A DNA stretch of 64,000 nt, from assembly GCA_002269645.1 (NCBI GenBank), contig NIVC01000264.1, positions 124,001-188,000 of the forward strand. Direction: 5' to 3'. Numbering within the stretch: the stretch's first letter is position 1; each line of letters opens with the position of its first letter. A model generated the notes under the pieces. It was given only the letters and a program-made list of their open reading frames with translations, made no database searches and was not told where the DNA came from. Below, one piece after another: positions 1 through 34,372 of the stretch. Both the position numbers and the translations under genes were made by a program. This DNA comes from Macrostomum lignano (Eukaryota).

Positions 1-179
1 AAATGGATGTCGGCAATGCGGGATAAGAGGTCTGCCTCCTCCCCGCAGACTTCGCTGAGGCTGACGCAAGTCCAGTTCTGCATCTCAGCAAGTTTCTGCT
101 TGCATTATTGCTGCTTCACCCTGTTTTGCAAAATTTATGAGTAGCTGCGAAAGAGAAAGGTTGAGAAGTTTGGAAGATA

Positions 180-630
180 AAATGAGACAGGAAAGGGAGA
201 GCCGAGAGGGGAAATAATGGGGGAGAGTAGAGAGGGGGGTGGGTAGGGAATGGGGATAGAAGAGAGGGAAGAGAATGGGTAGAGAATGGGGAGAGCAGAG
301 AGGGGAGAGAATGGGGGAGAGTAGAGAGGGGGGATTGGTTGGGAATGGGGATAGCAGAGAGGGTAGAGAATGGGTAGAGAATGGGGAGAGCAGAGAGGGA
401 GAGAATGGGGAGAGCAGAAAGGGGAGATAATAGGGGAGAGCAGAGAGGGGAGAGCAGAGAGGGGAGAGCAGAGAGGGGAGAGCAGAGAGGGGAGAGCAGA
501 GAGGGGAGAGCAGAGAGGGGAGAGCAGAGAGGGGAGAGCAGAGAGAGGGAGAATGGGGAGAGAATGGGGAGAGCAGAGAAGGGAGATAATAGGGGAGAGA
601 ATGGGGAGAGCAGAGAGGGGAGAGCAGCGA
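180..630. repeat. Purine-rich minisatellite, ~14-bp unit (AGAGCAGAGAGGGG-like)
   Basis: Direct inspection shows tandem GAGAGCAGAGAGGGG variants. The overlapping ORFs (85..669, 370..690 etc.) are repeat translations. Confidence 0.9.
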
Positions 631-2235
631 GGGAGATCGGTCAACAATGACCTCATTACACCAGCTCAATCCCGCCTGAGCAGCAATTGAAGAGAGGATA
701 ACGAATCACATGGGGCTGAGGGCTATGGCGTATTTAATCAGGATACCGGGCAAGCCCGCTACGGAAGTCATATTTTGCCGCACTTCAGAATCCTCGCAAA
801 GCTCACGGGGCGGTCAGGCCCACAGAGGGCCTCTCTCACTGCCTTCCGGAGCTCTGTATGAGAGCGCACAAGCAGAAATGAGCGAGGTCTCTCCCATATT
901 GCCTCTTGCGAGAGTGCGAGAACGGGCGCCATTAGCCCCGCAGGAATTCCGCCAATAAACTTCCACCTATCCTCCAGCATCTCTCGCACGCCATCCGCGG
1001 CAGAAACCGGAGACTGAGACGCATACGAATAGAGAGAGGGGACGGAACTATGCTGACAGCTGATCAATAATTAATAAGGAACTGTTTTCCGAATGCTGTT
1101 GGGTCTTCACCTCTTTGAGCTGTGCGTGTGTGAGCGTTTCGTATGGTTGAAAATGAAATATAATTCCACAAATTTTGTAGAAATTCAGCTCAAGAAAGTG
1201 CATATCGTAGTCTCGAAGCTCTACTACTAATCACAGATCAGTTAGTAGGATAATAAGGACATCCATCGCATCCACAGATACTAGAATAACTAGATGGGCC
1301 ATTCAGCACATTTGCATGCAAGCTACTTTCAGTTCAGTTGTAAGTTAAACTGAAGCATTTAATGTATTTTAAAGCCAAGGCTCATTTGTTGACTCTTACA
1401 ACACTACCTTCCAACCGCGCCTTTCCCACACTACCCCCCCGCCCCAATTTTATTGCCTTTCTCGGTATTCCAGCCTAAAGCTGCTATGTACATTTCAGTG
1501 GACTGGCTAATGTACATTACTGCTGAACCAATTAGCAAGCTGTTTACGCCTGCAAGCTTTGGCTTCTAAACTTATCAAAGTCATTTCAGCTGCCTTTATT
1601 TTTATAAAATAAGCTTATGTATTCTTCTTTGCTACTGAACTGAAAGTAGAAAGCTGTTTCACTAAGTATAAGTATAAATTTAAAATTGTCTGAATTATAT
1701 CATAGAATAATTAATAGTTTTGCAGTACCTTACAGCTTACAAGCAGCAGTTAAACATATATTTGAGCACCAGGAGGAGAGGCAGAGACCGAGGAGACGCC
1801 ACCAGTCAGGCCCGCTATGTTTGTCTTTCTACTACGCAGTTCTACCTGCCAAAATTCTTGGCCCTCAACTTTACCGTCTCGAGACCGGAATTTCTTGGCG
1901 CGAGAGCGGCGACAACCTCAGACCCTGTTCAATGTGCAGCGAGCACGCGCGCTGAGATCTACTCGCGAAAGGAAAAGTGTACACAGCCGCTCACCCACTA
2001 GCTGGCAGGCAATAGCCAGAGAGAAAGCAGAGACAGGCAATGTAAAAAAACACACTCAGCGCTCTCAACAGCTGCCCTGCCCCTGCACCCCGAACTACCC
2101 CTGGCAGGTAACTCAGCCACCGAGCTCATAACTTATAAAACACTGGCCTGTTTAGCAAACTATTTGCTCTCCGCTCTCAACACACTGCGCAAAAGTCAGT
2201 CACCCGGCTTGCTGCTAGAAGCAACAGAGAAAAAA

Positions 2236-8267
<6,032 letters not shown>

Positions 8268-8379
8268 TTGGAAATTTCCTTCGACCATCAAGAGTTTTGA
8301 AAGTTACTCCACGTTATGTAATGATTTGAGCAAACTTGCTTTCTTATTTATCAGATTGTATTCTGAGGAGCACATCTTA

Positions 8380-8625
8380 TTGGGATTTCCCCGATCCTCT
8401 CGTCTCATTGGCTAGTGGTTTGGTGTGACCTTGGCACTTCCAGGGATTTCCCCTATCTGCTTGTCTTATTGACTAGTGACTTGGTATGACCTTGGCACTT
8501 CCAGTTGGATTTTCCCAATCCGGCCGCTCGTCTCATTGGCTAGCGGAATTGGTGTGACCTTGGCACTTCCAGTTGGAATTTCCCAATCCGCTCGTCTCAT
8601 TGGCTAGCGGCTTAGCGTGGCCTTG
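8380..8625. repeat. ~60-68-bp degenerate tandem repeat (TCGTCTCATTGGCTAG..GTGACCTTGGCACTTCCAG), ~4 copies
   Basis: Recurring blocks just downstream of the BTB-NPH3 stop codon. Confidence 0.85.
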
Positions 8626-9597
8626 AAAGTTAGACATTCTTCTTTCCGTCCATTTTTACTACATTTTAGAACACGCTCGTAGTTTTAGGTGTTACAAAAA
8701 TGCGACATACTGAAAAGTGCACTGTGTACTCAGAGCTTGGATGCGTCAGAAAACGCAACGATAGTGTTCACTGGATGAGCGCTTGTTGCTACATTTATTA
8801 ATACTTTATAGCCATACATTTTTATAATACGAGTATTTAGGTTTTATATTTTATAGCACAGGCGATGCGTTTTACTACTTATTTACTTTCGCTTCAGTAG
8901 TATATACCGATACAAGATTTATTTTCAACAGTTCATTTTGCTGCTGCACTGATAGAAATCCATTAATAGCGTCTCTTTTTTTTAAATTTCACCCCAATTC
9001 TTCTTTTCCATGAATTTTAGGAACTATTTTTCAAGCAAAGGAAGTCAGTGAATAATCAATTCAATGCAGTTATACATTAATTTTGTTGGTCATTTCACAC
9101 GCTAAATATTGATTAGTTTGAACAGCACCCATGACTGAAGCTGTGCAGTGTTCTTGCAATTTTGATATTATTAATATTATTTCCATTGAATTTTCATCAT
9201 CCTTCAATATTCACAATTTAACAGGTGCAAAGAAAAAATAATTTTCAACTTCAAACAAGCTCCAACAAATTGCTAAATTTAAATAAATTTTGTACTTTTA
9301 ATGAAAAAACAAGTTTATAACAAACTCAGCCGTTATCGTGTATTTTCTTGGGTTTGATTAGCAGACAACATCTGAAAACTTTAATGAAACAGACATGTTT
9401 TACTGCGGATCGTAGGAAGCGAACAGAAAATTAGATAATTATAATCCAGCCAGCTAATTATGGTCTCAGTCGTTGCTGATTGAATTAAAACAAATTTACC
9501 GCATAAAAATCGCGCGCATCAAACAATCCTTTTGAAGTTGAAGAAAGCATTTTTAATCAAAATAATAACAAAAAAACTGTCGATCTTTGAAGCTTGC

Positions 9598-17986
<8,389 letters not shown>

Positions 17987-19298
17987 TTTGCAGACTGCAA
18001 TGATTCCAGTGGTGTTACAAGTGAATATATAAATACAGAATAAGTAGTAGTCAACATTTTAATCAGTTGCCAATAAGGATCTGATCAGTAATATAATTTT
18101 GTTCTAAACATTATTAAATAATTTTTTTTAATTAAGTCTCATTGTCAAAAATTAAAAAATGTAAAATGTTATGTAAAAAATGTAATATAAAAAATGTAAA
18201 ATTTATGTGCCGAATTTTTTTCGAGCATACTGAACATTAACTCATAATAGAGGATCTGTGAATCTGCACTAAGTAAGAAAGTTAGTATCTTCCATATACT
18301 AAAAATGGTTTATTTGTTTGTACAATCTAGTAACTAAATAGCTAGTCTAATGTATCTTTATACAGCAATATTAGTATTTAATTCCATTTTGGCTAAAATA
18401 TTATTTGACCTATTGATTTTTACATCTTTATTCTATAAATCATACTTTCTTGAAGTTTAGGCTCGAAACATTGCTTTGTGGTTTGACAATGATATATTAG
18501 TGTACTAACTTTAATATATAATGGAAATATAGCTGTGTATTGTCATGAACTAACATGCATAAAGATAACTTAATGTATTTTTACTAGTGTTTGTTTGCAA
18601 TAATCTTTGTTTTAGGAATGTCAAAATGTTTGTCAGAAGAGTTGCACTCTTTCTATTATTTTATCAAAGACCTTGATTCTAAAAAGATGGTAAACTCTGT
18701 TAAAATAAAAGGAAAGAAGGGATTCCGATGCATTCTGATTTGCTTGATGCCCTGACTGGCTATAGTCTATAAGTGTAGGCAGAAGACAATTAACAAATTG
18801 GCCTTTAAACCTTAGACAATTTGATTTATGCAACAGAGGTCTATTTAGAATAACTGAAAAGAAAGTTCTCAGACATAAAAAATCAAGGAAACAAGAAAAG
18901 AAGGTAACCAATATCAACAGAAATCTGTGGAATAATTTTCGAAATATTTATCGTGTACACGTTTCTTAAAAATCAATTTTATAGACTCGCGTTATAAAAT
19001 TTTCTACGCTGTTGTCATGGTAAAAGCGGCTATAACAAAGTAGTTCAGACAATTTATTTATTTTTTACCGTAAGGCAGTTTAGGTATTCAATATGATTTA
19101 AGAGAAATTTATGTGTCGATCTTATGTTTAATATGCAGTAGTATTATTGTTAAACTGTAAACAATTCCCAAAGACAAAGTCAAGCCTTTCGCAGATTTTT
19201 TACTTAATCCTTGCGAAGGCCGAAGGTTGCAGACAAATTCCAATTAAAAAATACTCTTTGTCCGTTTTCTTTAGATATTCAGGAAGTCTTGCTTAGCC

Positions 19299-24864
<5,566 letters not shown>

Positions 24865-25489
24865 GTGCTAAAATGCTCCCCCCTATTTGGACATCGGATA
24901 ATAATATACACGTATTTTTAGACTACTATTAGTAAGCAGCAAGCGTTTGTTATGTAGCTTCGCTAATAAAATCAAATTGAACCCGTAGTTATGAGCAGAC
25001 ATTTGTTATTATAGAATTTGTGTCTCCTAGCAATTGACATCGCTTTCTTAACAGACAGTATGCAAAAAACACCCAGTGAGTTTTTTGATTTTGCACCTAT
25101 CTATGTCTGCTCACCATAACAGACTACTGTCTAAGTAGGCACAGCAACATTTTACTCGTGTTTGTAGATTTGTTGTCAATTTTTCTCCCTTAGATATGAA
25201 ATCGATTTTTTAATTAGCAGTTTCTCTCCCCTGGTGTTGTTTTCAATTTTTTTTGCTTTTAGTTCCCTGGATGTACTACTTAATACACAGATAGTAAATT
25301 AGTAGTAAATAAAGAATATTATTGCCCATATTAGCTCTTTGTTTAGGTTTAAAAAAATACACAGAGTTAAGAAAATTTGATCCTGTTTTTTAGTACACCG
25401 CTTCAGTGTCCAGCAATCAGCGTGAACACCTTGCACTCTTGCATACTGTTGCTTTTAATTTGCTTCAACTTGACCTTCTGTGCAGTGGG

Positions 25490-26662
25490 CTCTGAGTTTC
25501 ATTCGGTGGGCTGTCACCAACTCTGAGTTTCATTCGGTGGGCTGTCACCATCCTTCGGTGGGCTGTCACCAACTCTGAGTTTGCTTCGGTGGGCTGTCAC
25601 CATCCTTCGGTGGGCTGTCACCATCCTTCGGTGGTCTGTCACCAACTCAGAGTTTCATTCGGTGGTCTGTCACCAACTCTGAGTTTCATTCGGTGGGCTG
25701 TCACCAATTACCAAGCATCACCCAATGGGCTGTCACCAATTACCAAGCATCACCCAATGGGCTGTCACCAATTACCAAGCATCACTCAATGGGCTGTCAC
25801 CAATTACCAAGCATCACCCAGCGGGCTGTCACCAATTACCAAGCATCACCCAGCGGGCTGTCACCAATTACCAAGCATCACTCAATGGGCTGTCACCAAT
25901 TACCAAGCATCACCCAATGGGCTGTCACTAATTACCAAGCATCACCCAGCGGGCTGTCACCAATTACCAAGCATCACCCAATGGGCTGTCACCAATTACC
26001 AAGCATCACCCAGCGGGCTGTCACCAATTACCAAGCATCACCCAATGGGCTGTCACCAATTACCAAGCATCACTCAATGGGCTGTCACCAATTACCAAGC
26101 ATCACCCAGCGGGCTGTCACCAATTACCAAGCATCACCCAATGGGCTGTCACCAATTACCAAGCATCACCCAATGGGCTGTTACCAGTTACCAAGCATCA
26201 CCCAGCGGGCTCTCACCAATTACCAAGCATCACCCAATGGGCTGTCACCAATTACCAAGCATCACCCAATGGGCTGTCACCAATTACCAAGCATCACCCA
26301 ATGGGCTGTCACCAATTACCAAGCATCACCCAGCGGGCTGTCACCAATTACCAAGCATCACCCAATGGGCTGTCACCAATTACCAAGCATCACCCAATGG
26401 GCTGTCACCAATTACCAAGCATCACTCAATGGGCTGTCACCAATTACCAAGCATCACCCAATGGGCTGTCACCAATTACCAAGCATCACCCAGCGGGCTG
26501 TCACCAATTACCAAGCATCACTCAATGGGCTGTCACCAATTACCAAGCATCACCCAATGGGCTGTCACTAATTACCAAGCATCACCCAGCGGGCTGTCAC
26601 CAATTACCAAGCATCACCCAGCGGGCTGTCTCCAATTACCAAGCATCACCCAGCGGGCTGTC
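25490..26662. repeat. Compound minisatellite: 21/31-bp units switching to a 32-bp unit, with a shared GGGCTGTCACCA core
   Basis: Unit change at ~25700; TACCAAGCAT recurs every 32 bp after that. Confidence 0.95.
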
Positions 26663-27044
26663 ATTTTTTTAAAGCAGCACTGGGAGAGTATTAAAGCACT
26701 TCTAAATGTACAATTTGTTATCTAAAAAGTCGTTAATTAAGTCCGTGTTTCGAGGACGAAACCGACACGTAAAAAATCTATAAAACGCCAGCTCCAAAGC
26801 GCAGCTGTGTAGATTGAAAAGCTGTCAGTTCTCGAGCTCGCTGCAGTCATTTGTCTCAGTTTAGTCTATGGCCCAGCCTCCCTGCTCAGTTGTATTGCTT
26901 CCTTAACGCAACGCACAGAGATTTCAGAAATCTACTAGAAGCAGCAAAGGCGTTGTTTCGGTCTCTGCTGCTTATGGAATTTGTAGGTTGATAGAAGTCA
27001 GGCCAGAAGTCGCTTCTACAGCAGCAGCAGATCGGGGAGCCGCC

Positions 27045-28073
27045 ATGTCCGCAGCCGACAGCAAGAACACGGTCTTCTGCACCCCGGGATTCGGAACTTT
27101 CGGCTCCGTGATCGACCTGGGCGTGGACCTGGCACCGGTGCGGGACCGGATCCAGGCCTGCAAGCTGCGCTACCACCGCGAGCTCTGGGAGATCATCTGC
27201 GACCGCGGAATTCAGGGAGGCGAAGGGGGCGGCGGCGAAGGTGGCGGAGGCGGCGAAGATGGCGGAGGCGAAGGTGGCGGAGGCGAAGGTGGTGAGGGTG
27301 GCGGCGAGAGCGGCGGCGATGGCGGCGGCGAGAGCGGCGGCGAGGACGGTAACCAGAGCAACGCACCCTCGCCTCCGCGACAGCGGCGGCAGCAGCAGTC
27401 ACCGCAGAAGCCGCCTCAGCCTCTCCGCCCAATCAGTCGCGGCCAAAATGCCTCGAACATGGCCTGGCCGGCCAAAAAGACTTTTCAAATGGGGTGCGGC
27501 GGCTTCCAGGCCACGACAGCTCCGCTACCGCCTCCGCATGCGCCGGCCGTCAGGTTCCAGCAGCCGACACTGCTGCCGCCGCTGCAAACGTCAACCATGC
27601 AGCCTCCGCCGCTGATGCAGCCGCGGCCTCCTCAACAAGCGCGGCCTCCGCAACAGGCGCAGGCGCCCCCAGACGGCAGGAACCAGCGAATTGCCTGCCT
27701 GATGCACGCGAAAGCCAAGCTGCCCCGGCCCTGCCCCAGCATCGCAGCCGGATACCTCAGCACCACCAGCCCCATCAGCAGTCCCAGCAGCCTGAGCAGC
27801 TGCAGCAAGACCAAAGTGAGCAGCTGCGCCGAGGCCAGCGTCTCACTTGTTGAGCACCGCAACAAGCTGGCACCGCCGCCGTCCACCATCACGGCTGACG
27901 ACGTGTCTCCGGCTCTCAGCGACGACTTTGTGCCGCTCCGCTGCGGCGACTGGTCGCTGGGCGGCGGCAACTCGGCCAAACCCGGCTCGAGCAAGAAGAA
28001 GCCGGCCGCCGCCAGCAAGCAGCAGTCAAAGCAGAAAAAGCAACAGACGTCTTCCAGTGCTGCGCTTAAATAA
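27045..28073 (+). CDS. Intronless ORF of unknown function (342 aa): short globular-looking N-terminus, Gly/Glu linker, Pro/Gln-rich middle, Ser/Lys-rich tail
   Basis: The ATG is in a GCCGCCATG context and the frame is open for 1 kb. GC-rich codon use resembles the recognisable exons nearby. No family recognised. Confidence 0.6.
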   Translation: MSAADSKNTVFCTPGFGTFGSVIDLGVDLAPVRDRIQACKLRYHRELWEIICDRGIQGGEGGGGEGGGGGEDGGGEGGGGEGGEGGGESGGDGGGESGGEDGNQSNAPSPPRQRRQQQSPQKPPQPLRPISRGQNASNMAWPAKKTFQMGCGGFQATTAPLPPPHAPAVRFQQPTLLPPLQTSTMQPPPLMQPRPPQQARPPQQAQAPPDGRNQRIACLMHAKAKLPRPCPSIAAGYLSTTSPISSPSSLSSCSKTKVSSCAEASVSLVEHRNKLAPPPSTITADDVSPALSDDFVPLRCGDWSLGGGNSAKPGSSKKKPAAASKQQSKQKKQQTSSSAALK

Positions 28074-28493
28074 CAGCTCACTGCACTAAATTTTAAGTTA
28101 ATGAAGTTGATATTCGCCTCGTTATTTATAATTTTGCGCTGCAGACCTACTCAAACTCAGCCGTCGCACTCCTGTATTTACCTGTACCTACGCCACCTTA
28201 GCTGAAGTGGAGGGCCAGAAGGTCTCGCCAGGCCACAATGCCCTGTGTGTGTATTGATTTTTCAAAATGGTCCCACAATGTTGCACCACAAGAACAATTG
28301 TATCCCGTATGCACTGCATATTTCTATATGATGCACTATTTTGTATACAAGCCATGAAGCCTACGGGTAGCTGAAAACGTCTTTTTGTTTTTAATTCGAT
28401 TTTTTTAATTCCATCACATCCCGCAAGTTAAGCAAAGTCGGTTTTGGTTAGTCATCTTTAAGGTATCAAAACTGGTGATCAAGGCATTAATTG

Positions 28494-28965
28494 AGAATCG
28501 GCCATCACATACCTGAGAATCGCCCATCACATACCTGAGAATCGCCCATCACATACCTGAGAATCGGACATCCCATCACCTGAGAATCGCCCATCACATA
28601 CCTGAGAATCGGCCATCACATACCTGAGAATCGGCCATCACATCACCTGAGAATCGGACATCCCATCACCTGAGAATCGGCCATCACATACCTGAGAATC
28701 GGCCATCACATCACCTGAGAATCGGACATCCCATCACCTGAGAATCAGCCATCACATACCTGAGAATCGGCCATCACATACCTGCGAATCGGCCATCACA
28801 TACCTGAGAATCGGCCATCACATCACCTGAGAATCGCCCATCACATACCTGAGAATCAGCCATCACATACCTGAGAATCGGCCATCACATCACCTGAGAA
28901 TCGGCCATCACATCACCTGAGAATCGCCCAACACATACCTGAGAATCAGCCATCACATACCTGCG
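28494..28965. repeat. Second copy of the GOT1 intron-3 minisatellite (CCTGAGAATC(G/A)GCCATCACATA)
   Basis: Same 22-23-bp unit and orientation, with shared rare variants. Confidence 0.95.
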
Positions 28966-29683
28966 AAAATACAGAGACATGAGGGGATGACAAAAACCCG
29001 GGCAAGGGATCAACTTCCCTACAAAAGAGTCCCAATTGAACTGGGGGAGGCTTCCACAAATCACAGTTAATCCTCAAGGCAGCCATCCAATGGGAGCGGT
29101 AGCAGCGCTGATCCCATCCGCCCGGGCCCCCTGCCAGCCGCAGCTACAAAGCGACCGCACGGAAGTGACCAGCAGCGGAGATCCCCACTGGAAAGAAGCA
29201 GAGTTTTTGCAAAGCTTTATCGTTTTTTTTGACTGACAGGTCCGAAGGCCTGCTTGGAACTGAAACAAAAGCCAAGTGCTGTCGGGGTTGCGAGCCGCTT
29301 CTGGAAGCAACTGCAGACAAAACGACCGACTGCCGGTGCCTCAATGGCTGCAGTAATAACAAAGCCGACTTGGCCACTGCCGCTACAGCGCGAGTAAGTT
29401 GCCGAACTGATGATGTGTGCTTTTGCACCCCTGGCTGGGATTATTTACGCAAGATTCTGGGGGTGCCCCCCCCCCCAAGCCGGGCTGGGTAGAAATTGTC
29501 CCATGGAGTTATTGAATTGTGATTCTGCTGGAAGTCAATGGCTGATGGTCCCGGCTGGGGCGCTAATGCATCCGGGTTGGCACCCAGCTGTGAGGACCGC
29601 GGCGCGGCCGGTTCTGAGATGGAAAGGGGAGCCTCTTGTCTGGCCCGTCCTGCATTTGGACTGGAACATCTTGCGGGCGATTA

Positions 29684-30623
<940 letters not shown>

Positions 30624-31159
30624 TAAAGTGGAATGTCACTCGGCAATTAGTTAAATTACAGTTAAATTTATTCTCAGGAATGCATGTCTTGGGAAAAAGA
30701 AAATGCAAATCAGCATATCAAATTCTGGAGTTCAATTTCACAGGAAAAAAATTAAAATTTCAATTCGCATAAAAGAGCCCCTGTGACCAGAGTGCTGTGT
30801 CCGTCCGCCCGCCCCAGCTCCAGTTCTAATCAATAATTTAGGCAATTCCTTGACTTTCTCTGCTTCAATGAGTTCCCTGCTCGTAAACTGACCGAACTCA
30901 ACGGAATCCCCCCCCCCCAGCAGGCCAGCCGTGTTTCTGTTTACTCATCACAGCTATTAAAGGAACAAGAAAGAAATTTGAGCGCTTCGGTGCTCAGCTT
31001 AAGCATTTCAGGTGCTCGTTCAGGTGCAAGGCAGATCAGCTTGATGATGAGCAATGCGCGGTGCAGATGAAGCTGGGCAGGGGATGCTGAGGAGAGCCTG
31101 ACCCAGCTGTGAGTCCCATAGTTTTTGCTGAATCGTGGCAGCGACGAGACAGACAGAGA

Positions 31160-31340
31160 CAGGGGAGCGAGGCCAAGGATTTCTAGATGCAGCACCTGGA
31201 TTGGAAAGCGAGGCTATAAGCAGGGGAGGGAGGCCAAGGATTTCTAGATGCAGCACCTGGATTGGAAAGCGAGGCTATAAGCAGGGGAGCGAGGCCAAGG
31301 ATTTCTAGATGCAGCACCTGGATTGGAAAGCGAGGCTATA
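31160..31340. repeat. 61-bp tandem repeat x3
   Basis: GGCCAAGGATTTCTAGATGCAGCACCTGGATTGGAAAGCGAGGCTATAA appears three times. Confidence 0.9.
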
Positions 31341-32024
31341 ATCAAGGCTTGCTGAATTTCTTTCAATTGTTTTTCAATCTTCTTTCGGCAAGATCGTCCC
31401 AGAACCGGCGCTTTCGTTCGCTCACAAGCCTCAAATGAATTTGGCCATCCATCCCTGCCAGCCAGTTTTGTTGCGAACCGCTTTTCAAACGCTTTAGCTT
31501 GCTCAGGCAGCTGGCTTCCTCTCCAGTCTCTGCATCACTGGGAGCTCCACGGCCGGGCCAGACTGGAGCCACTGGGAGTGGCGGCGGCATGCGGGGTGGC
31601 GGGGGCTGCCCGCGGCTTGAAATTCAAGTGAATTTCTTAGCGTGAATCGGCGGTCGCGTCTCCTTCTGTCTGTCTGGCTGGCGCGGCAGCTGTTGAAGCC
31701 CTAGCTAGGGATGATGGGGGGGGGCTTTGAGCGCTTGGGAGGCTGGGGAGCGAAAGGAGATGCTTATCGCTGTGACCGCGAGGGGCTTCGCTACACTGCT
31801 AATTGAAGGCAGCTCTGCGCGGTGAGGCAGTCCGCCAGTTCCGCCCCTGTTAGCAGACCCCGGCGCCGCGGCTGGGTGGACAAGAGTTTTGCGGTGTGAA
31901 TTCTGCGTGTGGATGGGGTGAATTTATTTGGGAACAGCACTTGCGGCTTGAAATCTAGTCGAGGAGGGGGTGAAAATATTTCCAATCGAGACCGGAAATG
32001 GAGGGGACAATATCAATCGAAAGA

Positions 32025-32885
32025 GTGACAATATCGCTAGTGAGAGTGACAATATCGCTAGTGAGAGTGACAATATTGATAACGAGAGTGACAATATCGA
32101 TAGCGAGAGTGACAATATCGATTGCGATAGTGACAATATCGATAGCGAGAGTGACAATATCGCTAGTGAGAGTGACAATATCGATAGCGATAGTGACAAG
32201 ATCGCTAGCGAGAGTGACAATATCGATAACGAGAGTGAAAATATCGATAGCGAGAGTTACAATATCGCTAGTGAGAGTGACAATATCGCTAGCGAGAGTG
32301 ACGATATTGATAGCGAGAGTGACAATATCGATAGCGAGAGTTACAATATCGCTAGTGAGAGTGACAATATCGCTAGTGAGAGTGACAATATTGATAACGA
32401 GAGTGACAATATCGATAGCGATAGTGACAATATCGATAGCGAGAGTGACAATATCGCTAGTGAGAGTGACAATATCGCTAGCGAGAGTGACGATATTGAT
32501 AGCGAGAGTGACAATATCGATAGCGAGAGTTACAATATCGCTAGTGAGAGTGACAATATCGCTAGTGAGAGTGACAATATTGATAACGAGAGTGACAATA
32601 TCGATAGCGATAGTGACAATATCGATAGCGAGAGTGACAATATCGCTAGTGAGAGTGACAATATCGATAGCGATAGTGACAAGATCGCTAGCGAGAGTGA
32701 CAATATCGATAACGAGAGTGAAAATATCGATAGCGAGAGTTACAATATCGCTAGTGAGAGTGACAATATCGCTAGCGAGAGTGACGATATTGATAGCGAG
32801 TGTGACAATATCGATAGCGAGAGTGACAATATCGCTAGTGAGAGTGACAATATCGATAGCGAGAGTGACATAATCGATAGCGAGA
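32025..32885. repeat. 21-bp minisatellite (GAGAGTGACAATATCGATAGC)
   Basis: 21-bp periodicity with a higher-order duplication of variant blocks; translates as (SESDNID)n. Confidence 0.95.
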
Positions 32886-33686
32886 GTGCCACCTGGACTG
32901 ACAGCAGAGAACCTGCATCAATTTGCAAGTTCATATTCCGCAGAAGCGGTGCATTCGCTTGAGCGACTGCTGCAGAAAGGCATTACTAATGCCATGCCCA
33001 GAGAAGCTCTTTAAAAACTAATGCTTAGGTAAGAGGGAGATGAGAGGGGAGCGAGTAGAGCCGTGGCAGAGATAAAACTCACTGAGCCCGGAGTTTGAGA
33101 ACCCCCAGGCCGCCTCAATCGGCTCTCCAGTCATCGAACTCAACTAGTGACCGCTAGCCCGCCACTGAGTCCGGCAAAATCCATAATCCCAGATCCCCAT
33201 TGAATCCATTCAGCCATACCAGCCCCCCCCCCTCCCGCGGCCTGAGCCGCTCCCATATCCTCTTTCACTGATCCCCACCGATTTTGCTCTGCGAGAGACG
33301 GAGACAGTTTGCTGCGGTGGAGAAAAATAAGAGTTTTTGCGCGGGCCCATTAGCAAAATCAATAAATCAGGACTGAGGCGGCCCGGGGAGCAGCCACACC
33401 GCCAGTGGGAGATGAAGGACGGCGCAGGGTGGGGGAAGCTGGGGGGGGGGCGGAAAGGCTGGGAGGCGAACGGCGCTTGATGGGGGATTTTCTTGTGACG
33501 AGATTGTAAAACTGCAGCTGGGAGCCGGGCTCAGCGGCGTGGTCATAATTTAGAGGGGGGCGAATCTCCACTCCAAATATCCCCGAAGAGGAAGCTGATG
33601 AGATAACTGGGCTGTGAGAGTCCGTTCCACCGAGCTCAGGGACAAAGTTTACTAGCAAAGGAAGTTAGTCGGAACTGATTGTAGCG

Positions 33687-34372
<686 letters not shown>

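Noticed and set aside
768-1067. 99-aa minus-strand ORF, plus a possible exon at 1-100
   Set aside because: No recognisable motif or confident splice model; left unannotated.
29229-29492. Cys-rich ORF containing FCTPG, echoing FCTPG in the 27045 ORF; AG at 29238 and GTAAGT at 29394 could bound an exon
   Set aside because: The five-residue match lies beyond the putative donor, the surrounding sequence does not align, and I found no partner exons.
31363-31590. 75-aa minus-strand ORF with a basic C-terminus
   Set aside because: No homology recognised and no linked exons; too weak to call.
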